From Octopus sinensis (lineage: Eukaryota): a DNA stretch of 64,000 bases. A program made the position numbers and the translations under genes. The stretch covers positions 55,552,001-55,616,000 of the forward strand of contig NC_043002.1 in assembly GCF_006345805.1 (NCBI RefSeq), in the 5' to 3' direction. The notes under the pieces are model-generated. The model ran no database searches and was not told where the DNA came from. It worked only from the letters and a program-made list of their open reading frames with translations. Positions 43,188 through 58,555 of this stretch are shown one piece after another; within the stretch, counting starts at the first letter, position 1; each line of letters begins with the position of its first letter.

Positions 43188-43721
43188 CAATAAAAATGGT
43201 AAATAATTTTTCAGTGGTTTTTCATATAACCAACAATTATTTACCGGTAAATTTCGGTATGTAAATATGACAAATTCATCGTCAGGAACTTCTGGAAAGT
43301 TCAGTATATAGTGAAAATAATTAAAGGGTGGGCAGCAGGCTGCCTCGCTGCATACCGAAGGAATTAGAAATGGCAGTCAAAGACTGTTTTTTCCATTTTC
43401 TATAAGTGGATTTTCCAAATACGACGAACCCTGCGATTCACATACGCAAAAACGGAGTAGCAAATAAACGAAACCAATCTCTTACCGTTAATGATGAACA
43501 TGTTTCTGGATCAATGGAAAAAACAGTCTTTGACTGCCATTTCTAATTCCTTCGGTATGCGGCGAGGCAGCCTGCTGCCCGCCCTTTAATTATTTTCACT
43601 ATATACTGAACTTTCCAGAAGTTCCTGACGATGAATTTGTCATATTTACATACCGAAATTTACCGGTAAATAATTGTTGGTTATATGAAAAACCACTGAA
43701 AATTATTTACCATTTTTATTG
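43188..43721. mobile_element. Tc1/mariner-type MITE/foldback: about 210-bp near-perfect inverted arms (43186-43397 / 43513-43723), TA flanks
   Basis: TA|CAATAAAAATGGTAAATAATTTTTCAGTGG ... CCACTGAAAATTATTTACCATTTTTATTG|TA; spacer about 115 bp. Confidence 0.85.
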
Positions 43722-44071
43722 TATTACCATGTGGACTTCTTATTCCATTGCGATCGGCAGGCGGCGCGCACGGCAGAATTTTGGAGGGAAAATTTACGTT
43801 CTCAGTCATTACTTAGTTTTAACATATGCAACACCTACTATCTGATGTCGCTTGGTCATGAGGCTTGTGCTTTTGGTAAATCTATCGAATATGGGTATAA
43901 AGAAATCAAGCTATTTTCGAGCTTGTGATCCAGAAACATGTTCATTTAACGGTAAGAGATTGGTTTCATGCTACTCCATTGATCCGCACTTCGTATTTGG
44001 AACCTTATCAAACACGACTGCCACTATTCCTTCGGTATGCGGCGAGGCAGCCTTCTGCCCGCAATTATCAC

Positions 44072-44109
<38 letters not shown>

Positions 44110-44116
44110 TATATAG

Positions 44117-44158
<42 letters not shown>

Positions 44159-44232
44159 CTTATATTATATATATATATATATATATATAGTATATATATA
44201 TATGTATATATATATATATGTATATGTATGTC

Positions 44233-44324
<92 letters not shown>

Positions 44325-44381
44325 ATAGCCCGTGGACATGTGGCGTAGTGGTTAAGATTCCGAGTTCGATTCCAGGCATAA

Positions 44382-44441
<60 letters not shown>

Positions 44442-45010
44442 CAACATCGAAAAATACCTTTGGAATGAGAACCCAGGTTCGAAGTTTTCCAAAGACACCT
44501 GATGAAGGGTGTACCAGCCTAAACGTTGTGTTAACAACAAACAAGATGAGGACAAATATCCGTCAAATGTAAATCATGTATATAATTCCTCATCTCTTAA
44601 ATATAGAACTATATGTGTATGCGTGTGTATGTGTGTGTGTTGTGTGTGTGTGTACGTGTGTCTATATGTTTGTGCGTTTGTCCCCCCAACATCGCTTGAC
44701 AACTGATGCTAGTGTGTTTACGTCCCCGTAACATAGCGTTTCGGCAAAAGAAGCCGATAGAATGAGTACCGGACTTACAAAGAAGTTTTAGCGTCGATTT
44801 GCCCGACTAGAAGCGGTGCTCCACCATTGCCGCCATCAGATGGCTGAAAAAAGTAAAAGAATAAGAGAAAAATATGTATATATATACATAAATATTGTAT
44901 ATAGCATATATAATTATATATTTATAATATATATATTATATATATATATATATATAATGTATATATGGGTAATATATATATACATATAAATACATATATA
45001 TTATCATATT

Positions 45011-45043
<33 letters not shown>

Positions 45044-45132
45044 ATATAATATATATGTATATATATATATATATGTATGTATATATACGGGTAAATATAT
45101 ATATACATATAAATACATATATTATACATATT

Positions 45133-45164
<32 letters not shown>

Positions 45165-45253
45165 CGGGTAAATATATATATACATATATATCATACATAT
45201 TTATATAGATATATTTTCCCCTGTAAGTTAGGAATAATATTCCATATATATAT

Positions 45254-45299
<46 letters not shown>

Positions 45300-46422
45300 A
45301 TATATATTATATATTATATATATATATACATATATATATATATCTATATATATTTGAAGGAATATTATTCCTAACTTACAGGGAAAAATTCAATTGAAAT
45401 ACTAAATCAAATTTCACAAATTATAATATATATATAAATTAGAAAAAACTCCTTTTATCAATTGAAAAGGAAAAAATAAATTACACCATCTAGAAAATTA
45501 CATATAATAGAAATATTAAATATAAGCTAAACAATAATATACCAATGATTAAGTAATGTGAAAAATAATAAATAAAACATATATATTTGGTAGAATAACG
45601 ACACGTGTTTCGTGACTATATTTAAGAAATGATTATAGTTAAAATATTAGTAGTAGTAGTAAAATCACTTCAAAATAAAAATAGCCACTCATCCGGTTAA
45701 AAATAACTACAATAATAAAATAATTAATTAATAAATATACGTAAATAATCTTTTAAAATATAAATATATTCTTTAATATATATATATATATATTAAATAC
45801 AACACTAAATACAAACACTAAATACAACACTTAAATACAACATATATATATAGTCTTACTATCAATAGTTTCATCTTGTATATAATTTTTACATAGTGAA
45901 ATTATTTATAGTGAAACTCTTGATAGTGAAAGTATTAAAACTGAAATTATTGTCTCACATTAGAATAGAGATGTTATTCTTTCACTTTTGACACGCAATA
46001 CCGAAACGCTCTAAGAAATTGCTCCGGGCTCACATCAAGCAAAACATTAAAAAATTTTGTTTTGACCCATGACACTCCATGGACCTTTAGTAATGTGTGT
46101 GCAAAATTTGAATGAAATTGCTGTGGCAGTTCTCGAGTTTTAGTGATACACACTTACAGACACATAGACAGAAAACAGACAGACACACATTCTCAGTTTT
46201 ATATATGTGTATGTGTGTGTATGTGTGGGTGTGGGTGCGTGTCTGTATATATGTAAAGTGAGATAATAGTTTCACTATGTACATATTTTATACATAGTGA
46301 AAGTATTAATAGTGAAACTGTTAATAGTGAAAGTATTATTTTACATTACAATACTGATGTTATTGTTTCACTTTAGTGATACACTCGTGCAGACACACAG
46401 ACAAACTGACACACACATTCTC

Positions 46423-46645
<223 letters not shown>

Positions 46646-47022
46646 CAATAATGGCGATTATATAATACACGAAGGTTTGGTTTTTTTACCATATTTTAAC
46701 TGCAATTCAAGAGAATATATGTTGTATGTCATAATAAGTATAGTGTGTTATAAATAAATTTTATCAATGGCCAGCGGGTATGAGTAAGTATCTCATTTAT
46801 TTCTTTGCCACATTTACCACTGACGAAAGGAGGGTTCTTACGAACTAACCCTGAAATCGGTCCGATATGGTAATAATGGAATTTTGGGGAAATTTCCGTC
46901 GGCCTTTTATTCGAGTAGCGTGCGTATTGTGAAAAATTATTGGTTATGGACAATAGGTTCAATTTTGGCATATTTGGCATTAGAAATTTTTTCGTTTGCC
47001 CTTATTTATAAGTTGTTTATAT

Positions 47023-47075
<53 letters not shown>

Positions 47076-47589
47076 TATATATATACATACATATATATAT
47101 ATATTATATATATTTATATATATACATATATTCGTTTATTTTTATTTACTTATATTTATATATCAATATATGTGTGTGTGTGTGGTGTGTGTGTGTATGT
47201 ATAAGGAAAATAAGACAAGGCTGAGAGTTATCGATTTCCTTTATCCATTGTCTAAATTTAGTTTACGAAAATTGTTAGCTTTCATTTGTGGCGGAGGTTG
47301 AATCTTGCTTTTATATGTAGAGAGTCATGGTAATGTTTACATATGATCAAATGTATGGAAGAGTGGTGTTATATAAAGTCGTGGACTCGAATTTGATGTT
47401 TCTTCTTTAATCACTGTTTTTTGTCGCCGTCTCAATTTTATTTGAGCACTTCCTTTTTGCAGTCCTATAAACCCTTCTTTCTCCATAAAAAGAGGCAAAA
47501 ATTATTTCTTGTTGTATATATATATATGTGTGTGTGAGTGTGTGTGTATGTGTGCGCGCGTGTGTGTGTAGAAGATTGAAAATGAACAC

Positions 47590-48020
47590 ACGAGTTGATA
47601 TGTATAATGAAAATAAGACAAGGTAGAAAATGCTAAAATAATTTTATCCTGAAGAACATTTTAGTACCGGTTTCAGTCTATACGACTTTTTCACCTTAGA
47701 GTAAAGCATGAAAAACAATTAAATTGTGGAAAAATTAAATGAAATGTTTTTTAAAAATATTCCCATAGTTTTCAAGAGTAAAAAAGAGAGACAGACAGAC
47801 GGACAGACTGAAAAAAGGAAAATATCCCTTGCATTTGAAAACTATGGAAATATTTTTTAAAAACATTTGATTTAATTTTTCCTCAATTTAATTGTTTTTA
47901 ATGTTTTACTCTAAGGTGAAAAAGTCACAAAGACTGAAACCGGTACTAAAATGTTCTTCATAATAAAATTATTTTAGCATTTTCTACCTTGTCTTATTTC
48001 CCTTATACATATTAACTTGT
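47590..48020. repeat. Foldback inverted repeat (about 185-bp arms, about 57-bp spacer)
   Basis: AATAAGACAAGGTAGAAAATGCTAAAATAATTTTAT...TTTTAGTACCGGTTTCAGTC is mirrored by GACTGAAACCGGTACTAAAA...ATAAAATTATTTTAGCATTTTCTACCTTGTCTTATT. Confidence 0.8.
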
Positions 48021-48139
48021 GTTCCTTTCAACCTTATATATATAAGAAATTAAAAGAGAAAATACATACACTTTACATAGTTTTAATATAATTTTTAACA
48101 TATCAACCGGTTTCGCTTTGGATGCAGAACACTATAAAA

Positions 48140-48840
48140 ACTTCATATTATCCTTATTAGAAAACGAGGCCTTCAACGAAAAAGTTATAAACTATAAACA
48201 ACAAAAAACAATGAAAAACCTTGCATCCTTTATTCTTCTACATGGAAAAGGCCTGACAGAAAAAGAAACACAACATCACGAACTTCAAATGTAAACCGTC
48301 TTTTTTATGGCCTTCCTAAAATACACAAGAGCTAGATAGTCAATGAAGCCTGCAAACAATCACCAGGTAAATACATAAATATCCAAACGCCAGAAGACTT
48401 AACTTTAAGACCCATTGTAGCTAGGCCAGCCTGTGAAACCCACCGCCTAAGCACTTTTCTAGACATCCTACTGAAACCATTACTGAAATACATCAAAAGT
48501 TTCATTAGAGACGAGTTAGACAAGCTAGAACACCTAACAAAAACAATTAAATAAGAGGCTATATTGGTTACCCTCGATATTATCAATCTTTACACCAACA
48601 TCCCACATGACTATGGAATATAAGCAATTAAATTCTGGTTGGAAACGTACCCCGAAATACTCCCGGAATGCATAAATCAGATCTTTATTATTGAATCTTT
48701 AAAATTTATACTTCAGAACAATTAGATCCTATTTGATGTCACATACTGTCGTCAGCAGTGCGAAATTGCGATGGGAACGAAAGTAGCCCCTATTCTTGCG
48801 AACCTAATAATGGGTTATTTTGAATTCACCTTATATGAAG
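48140..48840 (+). mobile_element. Penelope-like element RT fragment (degenerate)
   Basis: FYGLPKIHKS, LRPIVA, LDIINLYTNIPH, IAMGTKVAPILANLIMGYFE; several in-frame stops. Confidence 0.85.
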
Positions 48841-48846
48841 TATCAC

Positions 48847-48879
<33 letters not shown>

Positions 48880-49138
48880 TGTATGTATGTATGTATGTAT
48901 GTACGTATGTATGTATACGACAAGAAATAATTTTTGCCACATTTTATGGAGAATTTATAAAACACCACGCTTTCATACGTTTGATCATATATAAACATTA
49001 CCATGACTCTCTACATATAAAAGCAAGATTAAACTTCCGCCACAAATGAAAGCTAACAATTTTCATAAACTAAATTTAGACAATAGAAAAAGGAAGTCGA
49101 TAACTCTCAGCCACTTCATGGAGGTCATCACATATGAA

Positions 49139-49180
49139 AGGATTTTCCAAAACTATGAGTGATTAAACGACTATATAAGC
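49139..49180 (+). promoter_or_regulatory. Copy D core promoter: AGGATTTTCC and TATATAA
   Basis: Positionally homologous to A and B; ATG at 49277. Confidence 0.45.
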
Positions 49181-49276
49181 TGATATTTCATCGTCACATG
49201 AACACAATTTCGAAACAAGCAAAGGAGCTACAACCTAACTTTCGCTTAAATTTTTTTGTAACGAAGATAGTACAAA

Positions 49277-51705
49277 ATGAATAACTGTAAGTATGAAGTC
49301 GGTACTATATTGATACATACATATTTATATTTAAAAACATATATACATACATACGTACATATGTGTGTGTGTGTGTGTGTGTGTGTGTTGTGTGTGTGTG
49401 TGTGTATGTGTTGTGTTTTATCTCTTACTTGTTTTTGTCACTAGGCTGAGGCCATTCTGTGGCACCACATTGAGAATTTTTAGTTGAATGTACCAACTCG
49501 AGGACTTATCTGTGAATGCCTGGTGCTTATTCTCTAGGTCACTGAAGTGGGATGGACAATGACACACATGCACACACATATATGCGTATATATGTCTAGC
49601 TATTTATCTATCTGTGCATCTATTTATCTATCTATATAAGCGGTTTTAAATAGCCTCGTCTTTCCTGTGATATATAAGATATCGCATGTTTCCCTAAATT
49701 GAATATTCCTATTTTTATCTCAACTGAATACAACCATTGCAGTGCAGTACATTGTGTTTATTTCTATTATTTAATTATCGCACTCAATTACTATTGCAGA
49801 ACAAAACAACAAAACACTTAAAACGTGGCCTTCTTCCACTCAGCCAAATATCTATTCACTTCTCTTTAACACACTACACAATAACTTATGGTTTATATTT
49901 AGTGGAACTATGTTAAATATTTGTGAATATCGTGTATTGAGTTCCAAAATGTTCAGCTCATTGTTTACGACACGTGAAAAACTAACAGCGACTTATTGAG
50001 TCATTTCTTTTTAATAATAACAATTCCTTCAATGTCTCCGTTTCCTTCTAAATGTTCCTTAATGGTACTTTTTTCTATTTTCCCGTAGACTGGCAATATA
50101 TATTGGTCCTGTGTATCTCAGTCTGGACTTCATTCATCCAGGGAGCATCGATAAAACCTACAGCGATACCAATAAGTAACATAAAAGCTCAACTGGATAC
50201 TGCTCGCAAGGCCTCAGTAGCTGTGAACACTACTTTGCACTATTTTGTAAGTTTACATTTATTTGTTCATATATTATTGTTATTATTATTGTTATTCTTG
50301 ATATTGTTATCATCATCATCATCATCATCATCATTATTACTACTTCTTATACCACTCCAATAATATATTACTTAACATACTACCCACATAATAATTAATA
50401 AAGTTCTCATAAAGATCAATATTTGAAACGACTAGTTCAGTGTAAACGGACTTCTACTCCGTTGTTTTCTTATCCTATCTGTCCAAATCTCAGACGCCTA
50501 ATATGTCACGTGTTTTTCTACAGTGCCACAACACTCAATTAGCATCTGCGGTAAGCTGTCCTCACTTTATTCATATGCTGCTCAACCAGACGGGACTTAC
50601 ATTCCCTCAGCTCTCCATTCAAGACAATATCACCATCGCGCAGACAGATTTAGTCAAGGTATGGACATATTATCAAACATTTTTTTTAAAATGTTTATAC
50701 ACTTTCTATCTAAACTCGATTCTATATTTTATAAGAAATCTCAATCAGTGTCGAATAAAATTCATGCTTCTCACAATTCTTTGTTACAGATTGCTCTATC
50801 CAATATGTCTGCAACCCTCAGGAAATATGTTACTGTGTTGGAGAATCAGACGGAAAAAGAATATGACCAGCTGTGTGCCCCTGCCAAACGTATACAGACA
50901 AAATGTTATTATCCCGCTGCCTGTTCTAAACTCACTCCCATATCTGATGCCATATTTTATTGTTACTTAAAACAAACACTTTCTTACTTGGTTGATACGA
51001 TACTTTTTCTGGATTCACCGGTAAGTATTATTATCGTAATATATTTTTCTAGATGAATATTCACGCGATTTCTCTTTTATTTCCTCACGTAAAATGAATG
51101 TAGATAAATGCCCTATTCAATATGATGGCACTAAACAATTCTCATGTTTATCGAAATATTTTAGATATTACTCGTAGAAAAGAAACTGTTATCAAAGATC
51201 AATGGGTCTATTCTTTAGATTCCTTTGGAGAAATATAAAATCATTTCAAAGCAATCTTGCGTTTTATAGTTACCATGAGATTACAACTTCTCTTTAGGGT
51301 TTTTCTCCTATGATTTCTGTCGTAAAATATTTCGTGCAGACGATAATCAGGTTACGCCATCCGCTATTTCCTTATTTATATGGTGCTATGAAGTTGACAA
51401 CAATGCGTAGAATTGTAATCAATGTAGAATGTCTAATTATTTCAAGTAATTACTACAATTAGAATCATTTTTAACCGTTCTAATTTGACAATATAATTTA
51501 CTCTATCTAAATGTTATATCTAATATATATATATATGTGTTTATATAATTATTATTAGTAATAAGTTTCATATATAACGTGTGTGTACATTATTAATATT
51601 AGGAAATGTGATACACAGTGCGTGTCTGTAAATGTCTTTATAGTATTGAATCTAGGGTGAAATAGTTTCATTTGCCATGTTTGTATCTCTTCCGTGTAGG
51701 ATTTC

Positions 51706-51736
<31 letters not shown>

Positions 51737-51875
51737 TGTATGTATGTATGTATGTATGTATGTATGCATGTATGTATGTATACGTACACACACACACACA
51801 CACACATACACACATATATAGATACATTTAGCTTTATACTGTGTGGACTGAAAGCCTCGTTGGCAAAATTCGTTA

Positions 51876-51954
<79 letters not shown>

Positions 51955-52234
51955 TGTGTGTGTCTGTGTCTGTGTGACTGTGTGTCTGTGACTGTGTATC
52001 TGTGTGTGCCTGTATGTATGTTAATATCAAATAATATTTATTCCTGATTTACAATAATCTTTTCATATATTTCAGATATTTTCAAACATCAAACAAAATG
52101 TCGAAGTGGATGACAGTCTTTTGCTACCGGACGATGTGCCAATAACCAAGCAGCGATGGTTTACCATAATTACACTCCATGCACTTCATGAAAATATAAA
52201 CCACATTCAAAATACTCTAGAATCCTTTATGTAA
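49277..52234 (+). CDS. Copy D: intact five-exon gene, 240-aa secreted cytokine-like protein; exons 49277-49286, 50089-50246, 50494-50658, 50790-51020, 52076-52234
   Basis: Exon lengths are identical to B (10/158/165/231/159), introns are GT-AG and the spliced frame is open. 20 amino-acid differences from B counted by eye (about 92% identity). The apparent frameshift in the ORF track lies inside intron 3 (131 nt). Confidence 0.85.
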
Positions 52235-52659
52235 TTAATTCATGTTATAATATTTTAATATTTGTAGAACCAATCTCAGTTAGAGAAAAATCGGATACAA
52301 GTGTATCGTTTCAATTTTGTAGAAGTGTTTTAGCTTCACCACTTAATAATCATATCGACGATTATATTAATCGTTAAATACCAATATTTCCATTAATTTT
52401 GATCTTATATTTTCTTATCACATTTATAATCGTAAACAATATATATATTTCTCCTTTATGAAATAAATATTTAATATCGTGTTACATCGATGTTATTGGT
52501 ATTACACCATTTGGACTGACATATCATTCTATATATATATATATTTATATATACATACCTATATCTAAGTTATTTTGTTCATTTTAGAAATAATTTATTT
52601 TTCTATTCCATTTGATAATTTTTTGATCCTTAATACATATTATATATATATATGTGTGT

Positions 52660-52717
<58 letters not shown>

Positions 52718-52732
52718 TAAATATGTATGTAT

Positions 52733-52826
<94 letters not shown>

Positions 52827-53880
52827 CGATGTACTACACCTGTAGTACTTTCATGTATATATATATATACGGCGACATCATTTTTATTATTCATTATATA
52901 AATGAGAAATATTTGTATTTTTGTATGGAAACAATAAATTGCTAATATCAGACTGCCAATATTTTATTGTTTGTGTTATATTTTATTTTGCTATATTAGT
53001 GGATTACAACTTCGTTACAATATGTTTGAAATATCCTTACTATATTGACTATATTGTTCCTATTTTGTCCCTTGTTCCATTCCTTCTTGGCGTGTAAATA
53101 AGATTTGAATCATCGCAATTCTCCTATCGATGTTTTGTCCCAAGAATATCTACTATTAACATTAATTATTGGGAAATATTTATGCAAATCATTGCTGTGA
53201 AAGAATCCGTCTGGAATCGTTCTTAACTATCTGAGTCCCTGATCGATGATTTACCAGTCAGAATACCCCCATCTTAGAAACCCTTAATAAACACAAACTT
53301 GATTTAGTAGAAATACACAATGATGTTTTTAAGTGTGGGAGAAATGTGTATTTGTTTTTATCAAGTGACTGGGAAATCCGGTTGTTTTATCAATTTTCTA
53401 AACTGATTGTTAAAATAGTCATCAAAATGGTAAATCCACTCATAAACATATGAAACATACAATATCACACTCACACACACACACGCGCGCGCGTACAATT
53501 ATAGTCACATGTCAGACAAATATTTGAGGCATTTCATTGTTTGTTTCCATAGAAACTAATGTTTCAGCCCAGAATCCTTACTAGTAATTCATTAAGTTGT
53601 TTCGTTATAATATCAGACAGAGCTAGCTTTAAGTGTTCAGACGCCGAACTCTTGTGCTCACTCTTTCTGAGGGTTGAGACATCCTACATTGAGAGACCTT
53701 CACCAATTAGGGCGGCAGTTTACTGGGAGACCATTTTTAGGGAGACAGTTATAATAATGAGGAAATAGACACACACAAGGATATAACAGCATGCACAACA
53801 TCGTATTCATAAATTTATACACAGAATGTAGTCATTGTTATATTTCCGAATTAGATCTACCCTGTCAGGTTTCCATGATC

Positions 53881-53998
<118 letters not shown>

Positions 53999-54738
53999 CG
54001 TTGTCGTGAAAAAAAATAATTTCACTCAATATTTCGCACAATAATTTTTAAAGAAATCTGGACATCTTTCTTACTGCTAACCATTCAACTTCAAATTACA
54101 ATTGTAAATTATTGCAAGTCAAGAAGACTGAGATATACATATAAGGTTATCGTATTGAGTGGAAGTTCAATACGAAGTTTTGAACTCATTATCTTGTGGT
54201 TAGTAATCCATTACCTTAAATTTGAAGCCATTAAGTCTTTAAACATTATTTACTGGGCTTAGTCTTTCGACTGTCGCCATGATGGGGTGTCACCTTTAAA
54301 AATTTAATTGATCATACTGACCTCTGTACGTATTTCAATCTGGCATTTATTTTATAGATCTCTACGTGATGAACTGCTAACTTTGAGACTTAGTGGGACA
54401 CAATACTCGATTTAACAACAAATATAAACATGCACACAGACACATATTAAGTGCAAGAATGATTGTGTGGTTGAGAATTTTGTTTTCTAACCACATTATT
54501 CCACGTTCAGTCCCTCTGCATGGTACCTAAGGCAAGTTTTTTCTACTATAGCTCTAGGTCAGCCACACACTTGTGACTGAATTTCGTAGATGGAAACTGC
54601 CGCGTTGTTCACCAGAAAATGACTGTAAAACATGTTTATAAAAAAAGTGTTAGTTGCTTCATTCTCCTCGTGTGCCGAATCTGCTCATAAGAAACGAACA
54701 AATAATACAAGGGGCATGCCGGGGTGCGTTGTTAGAGC

Positions 54739-54778
<40 letters not shown>

Positions 54779-54940
54779 TATATTATTTAAAACAGTTTGA
54801 TTCGTTTTCCGTGCTACTTCAAATTTCGCAGTGTGTCGGGCTCTGTCAAACTATTTTCGATAATACATGTAATTCCAACTAAATGTGTTGAGTGCCCTTT
54901 TCCTTTCGTTTATCCACTCACTCACTCACACACAAATACA

Positions 54941-55038
<98 letters not shown>

Positions 55039-55200
55039 ATACACAATAGGTGCAAGAGTGACTGTGTGGTAAGTAGCTTGCTTACTAACACCTTGGCACC
55101 TTGGGCAAGTGTTTTCTACTATAGCCTAGGGCCGACCAAAGCCTCATAAGTGGATTTGGTACACGAAAACTGAAAGAATCCCGTCGTATATGTGTGCGTG

Positions 55201-55244
<44 letters not shown>

Positions 55245-55388
55245 TGTGTCTTCGCTTGTCCCTACACATACCATAACATTTTATTTATAATTGCACAACT
55301 AAATATGATTAAACAGTACCGGCACTTCATTAGGCAGGTTGCTTTGAAATGCACGTTATGAGGTTATTATCCATATAATATTGAATAC

Positions 55389-55426
<38 letters not shown>

Positions 55427-55427
<1 letters not shown>

Positions 55428-55817
55428 TAGCAGTATCGCCCGGCGTGCTCGGGTTGTAAGGGAAATAACTATATAAACATTTTTAGGAGTTATAGCCAAA
55501 AAATTGCAAAAAAAGCATTAAAAATTGAAAAAAATGAAGGTAAATTTTTTTTTTAAATCGTTGACACATCGTAGATATTTTTAGAGAGTTACTTCCCTTA
55601 TATAAAAGCGAAAAAATGCATTAAAAAATGGAAAATATGATGGTAAATTTTTTTTAAATCGTAGACTCATCGTAGACGCGCGCTAATACCCAGAAGGGCT
55701 CGATATGAATCACGACTATAAGATACCCGCTTTTGGTTAAACTGCACCGCAAAATGTGGGAGTAGTTACGAATCTAAATCGAAGGGGACAGACACACAAC
55801 TTCACTCTTATATAAGA
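55427..55817 (-). mobile_element. Non-autonomous Helitron, same family as 14989-15381
   Basis: A|CTAGCAGTATCGCCCGGCGTGCTCGGG ... CTTCACTCTTATATAAGA|T; TC/CTAG termini on the minus strand with a subterminal hairpin. Confidence 0.8.
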
Positions 55818-57562
55818 TGCTTTTTTTTTTCAGTTAGATTTATGAAGGTCTTCAGTAGAAAATCCTTCGAATTCTGACTCGCTGCTTGATATAATGAAAT
55901 TCGTATCCATTTTTTGTCAGAATTACAATTTTGAAAACACAATAGGAACAAATTTCGGAAAAAAATCTCCCATAATTCACGGAATTAAAATTACACTTCG
56001 ATTTTTGTACAAAACTGTATTTGAAGTGTTTACGAAGTATAATACGTGTTTTCAGGAATGTACTAAAGAGATTTACTCTGATATTCTCATTTAAATATGA
56101 TAGGTAAATTCGGGCGGTTTGGTAACGAAAGGGTTTATATAAGTGTCGTCTGTTTATACATAAACCTGTTTCATACTTTCAGTTTAGTCTTCCTCAAATC
56201 ACTCTGTCGCTAATTTACTCTCTTCCAAGAACATTTTCACTCACTCTTATCTGTTAGCTTCCATACATTTTACTCATGTATCTATCAGCGTGATAGACAG
56301 AAACAAATATTACATCTAGTTTCACTTTATTCGTTGCACACTGTGTGTGTGCGTTTGCGTGTGCTGTAAACCAGACTAGAAAAAGCATTTGACATACACA
56401 CCAGAATGTGAGTTTTCTGTAAATTTTGCTTAATTGGAGTTTAAATTTTAAAAACTGGACCTGGCATGACCCGATGCATTCTACTCTTAAAAATGCTAGG
56501 TAAATTGTAATTGAAGAAATCCTATATTGTAGATTTCTATAACTTACAAAGGGAGGCAGATAAAATCTGCCTTTTATAATAAGAGATACATACATACATA
56601 CAAATGTGGTTATATATGTGTGTTTTGTCCTGAAAGGCTCTGAAAAGATGCATCCTGGAGAGAATTTGATTTAGAAAATTTGCGTCCCAAAGACAAGAAT
56701 AAAAAATATAATTTTCCACAAGAAATGACTCAACTTTTGGATCGACAACTCTCTCACTCTCTATCTGTCACTACGAATCTATCCGTTATTTACCACACTT
56801 TATTTCTCTGTCACTCTATCTCTCTCTCTCTCTCTCGCTTGCTCTCTCTTTTCTCTCCCTCTTTCTATAGGTATTAGCTTTCATGCATTGCTTTCATTTT
56901 GTTTCAAACCTCGTATTTTAATGCTCACTTCCTGTTCATCACATCTATGACAACACACAAATCCTGTTTTCTGATTGGATAAAAATGTCAAACTTTTAAG
57001 CTTTGATCATTTTTATAAATTTTATAAATTCTTTCTGGAATAAATGAATCACAACATGAAAAAGTATATCGATGCAGCGAATTTGAATATTTTCACTTAA
57101 TCTCAAAATTTCTAAATCTGTGACAGTAGCAGAAAAGATCTCTGTCTATATCTTATCTTTTCGCTTTTTTTTTCATGATAAATTTTTCCCCTCTCAATAC
57201 ATTTTTACCATACTTTCGCTCTTTATACAGAATACCGCTCATGCTGAATGTGTGTATGTGTGTGTACGTGTTTGTCAGTGCGTGTGTATGCATGTGTGAA
57301 CGGAATTTCAATAGGACGACAGAATGATTTTAAAGTTATGTAAAAGATGATTTATTTTAATTGTATACTTTTCAGTTAGTAAATGAGGTTTTTTTCTTAC
57401 TAACACACAAATGTGCACGCGCGCGCGCGCGACGAACTCGGTTAATACGGAGTAGGGTCTAAAATTAAAATTACAATTTTTTGTTGTTGCTTAAATCCCA
57501 GCAATGGACCACCGCATCATCATTCCATAAAATGTGTTTATGGCGAGAAAAATATTCTTTTC

Positions 57563-57770
57563 TACTATAGGCACAAGGTCCGAAATTTGGGGGGGAGGGG
57601 TCAGTCGATTAGATCGACCCCAGTACGCAACTGGTACTTAATTTATCGACCCCGAAAGGATGAAAGGCAAAGTCGACTTCAGCGGAATTTGAACTCAGAA
57701 CGAAGCGGCAGGCGAAATACTGCTAAGCATTTCGCCCGGCTTGCTAACGTTTCTGCCATCTCACCGCCTT
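57563..57770 (-). mobile_element. tRNA-derived SINE (second family)
   Basis: Minus strand AGGCGGTGAGATGGCAGAAACGTTAGC...GAGTTCAAATTCC (B-box-like)...GTCGACTTTGCCTTTCATCCTTTCGGGGTCGATAAATTAAGTACC. Related copies at 62810-62935 and 62960-63150. Confidence 0.7.
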
Positions 57771-58128
57771 TGGAGAGAAAACTATTGAAAACATTAGAGT
57801 GACAAAGAACCGAAGAAGATATTAGGTGATCGTGGGATGTGGTAGAAACAGCAGCTAAAGCTCCCTTAAATCAAGCACCTTTTTGTCTGAAAATTATTTT
57901 GAAAATATAAACGGAAACGAATTGCAGATTCGGACTCAATGTATTTTAAAAGAAATTTTTTAAAAAAAGCTGAAATTTTAGGATTTATGAAGAATGTTAA
58001 TGAAAAAAATTAAAGGAGATTTAATTATTGTTTTTAAATTGCGTTTCATTTTTATTTGAAAATAAAGAAAGTGGGGATTTTAATGGTGATACCGATTTCA
58101 AAATAATTTTTTAAACCACCTGTGCTTT

Positions 58129-58363
58129 CCCCATTGTTTTTAAGAGCGTAGTATAAAAATTTATCAAAATCTGTAATGAGTGGAAGTGGGGAGGGAATTT
58201 GAAAAATTCATAAATTTTCAAAAACTTTATTTATTTATTCATTCATTTATTAGCGAAAAATCCAACTCCCATTGTTTTTAAGTGCGTAGGGCAAAAAATT
58301 GATCAAAATCTGTACGGAGTGGAAGTGGAGAGGGAATTTGAAAAATTTATAAATTATCAAAAA

Positions 58364-58408
<45 letters not shown>

Positions 58409-58524
58409 CTCTCTCCTCTCCCCTATCTCTCTCTCTCCTCTCTCTCTCCTCTCTCTTCTCTCTCTTCTCTCTCTCTCTTTCTCTTCTCTTCTCTCTCTCT
58501 TCTCTCTCTCTCTCTCTCTCTCTG

Positions 58525-58555
<31 letters not shown>

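Noticed and set aside
44499-44524. Hammerhead-ribozyme-like CTGATGA...AAAC of the kind found at Penelope termini
   Set aside because: The essential GAAA is TAAA here and stem II is reduced; at best an inactive relic.
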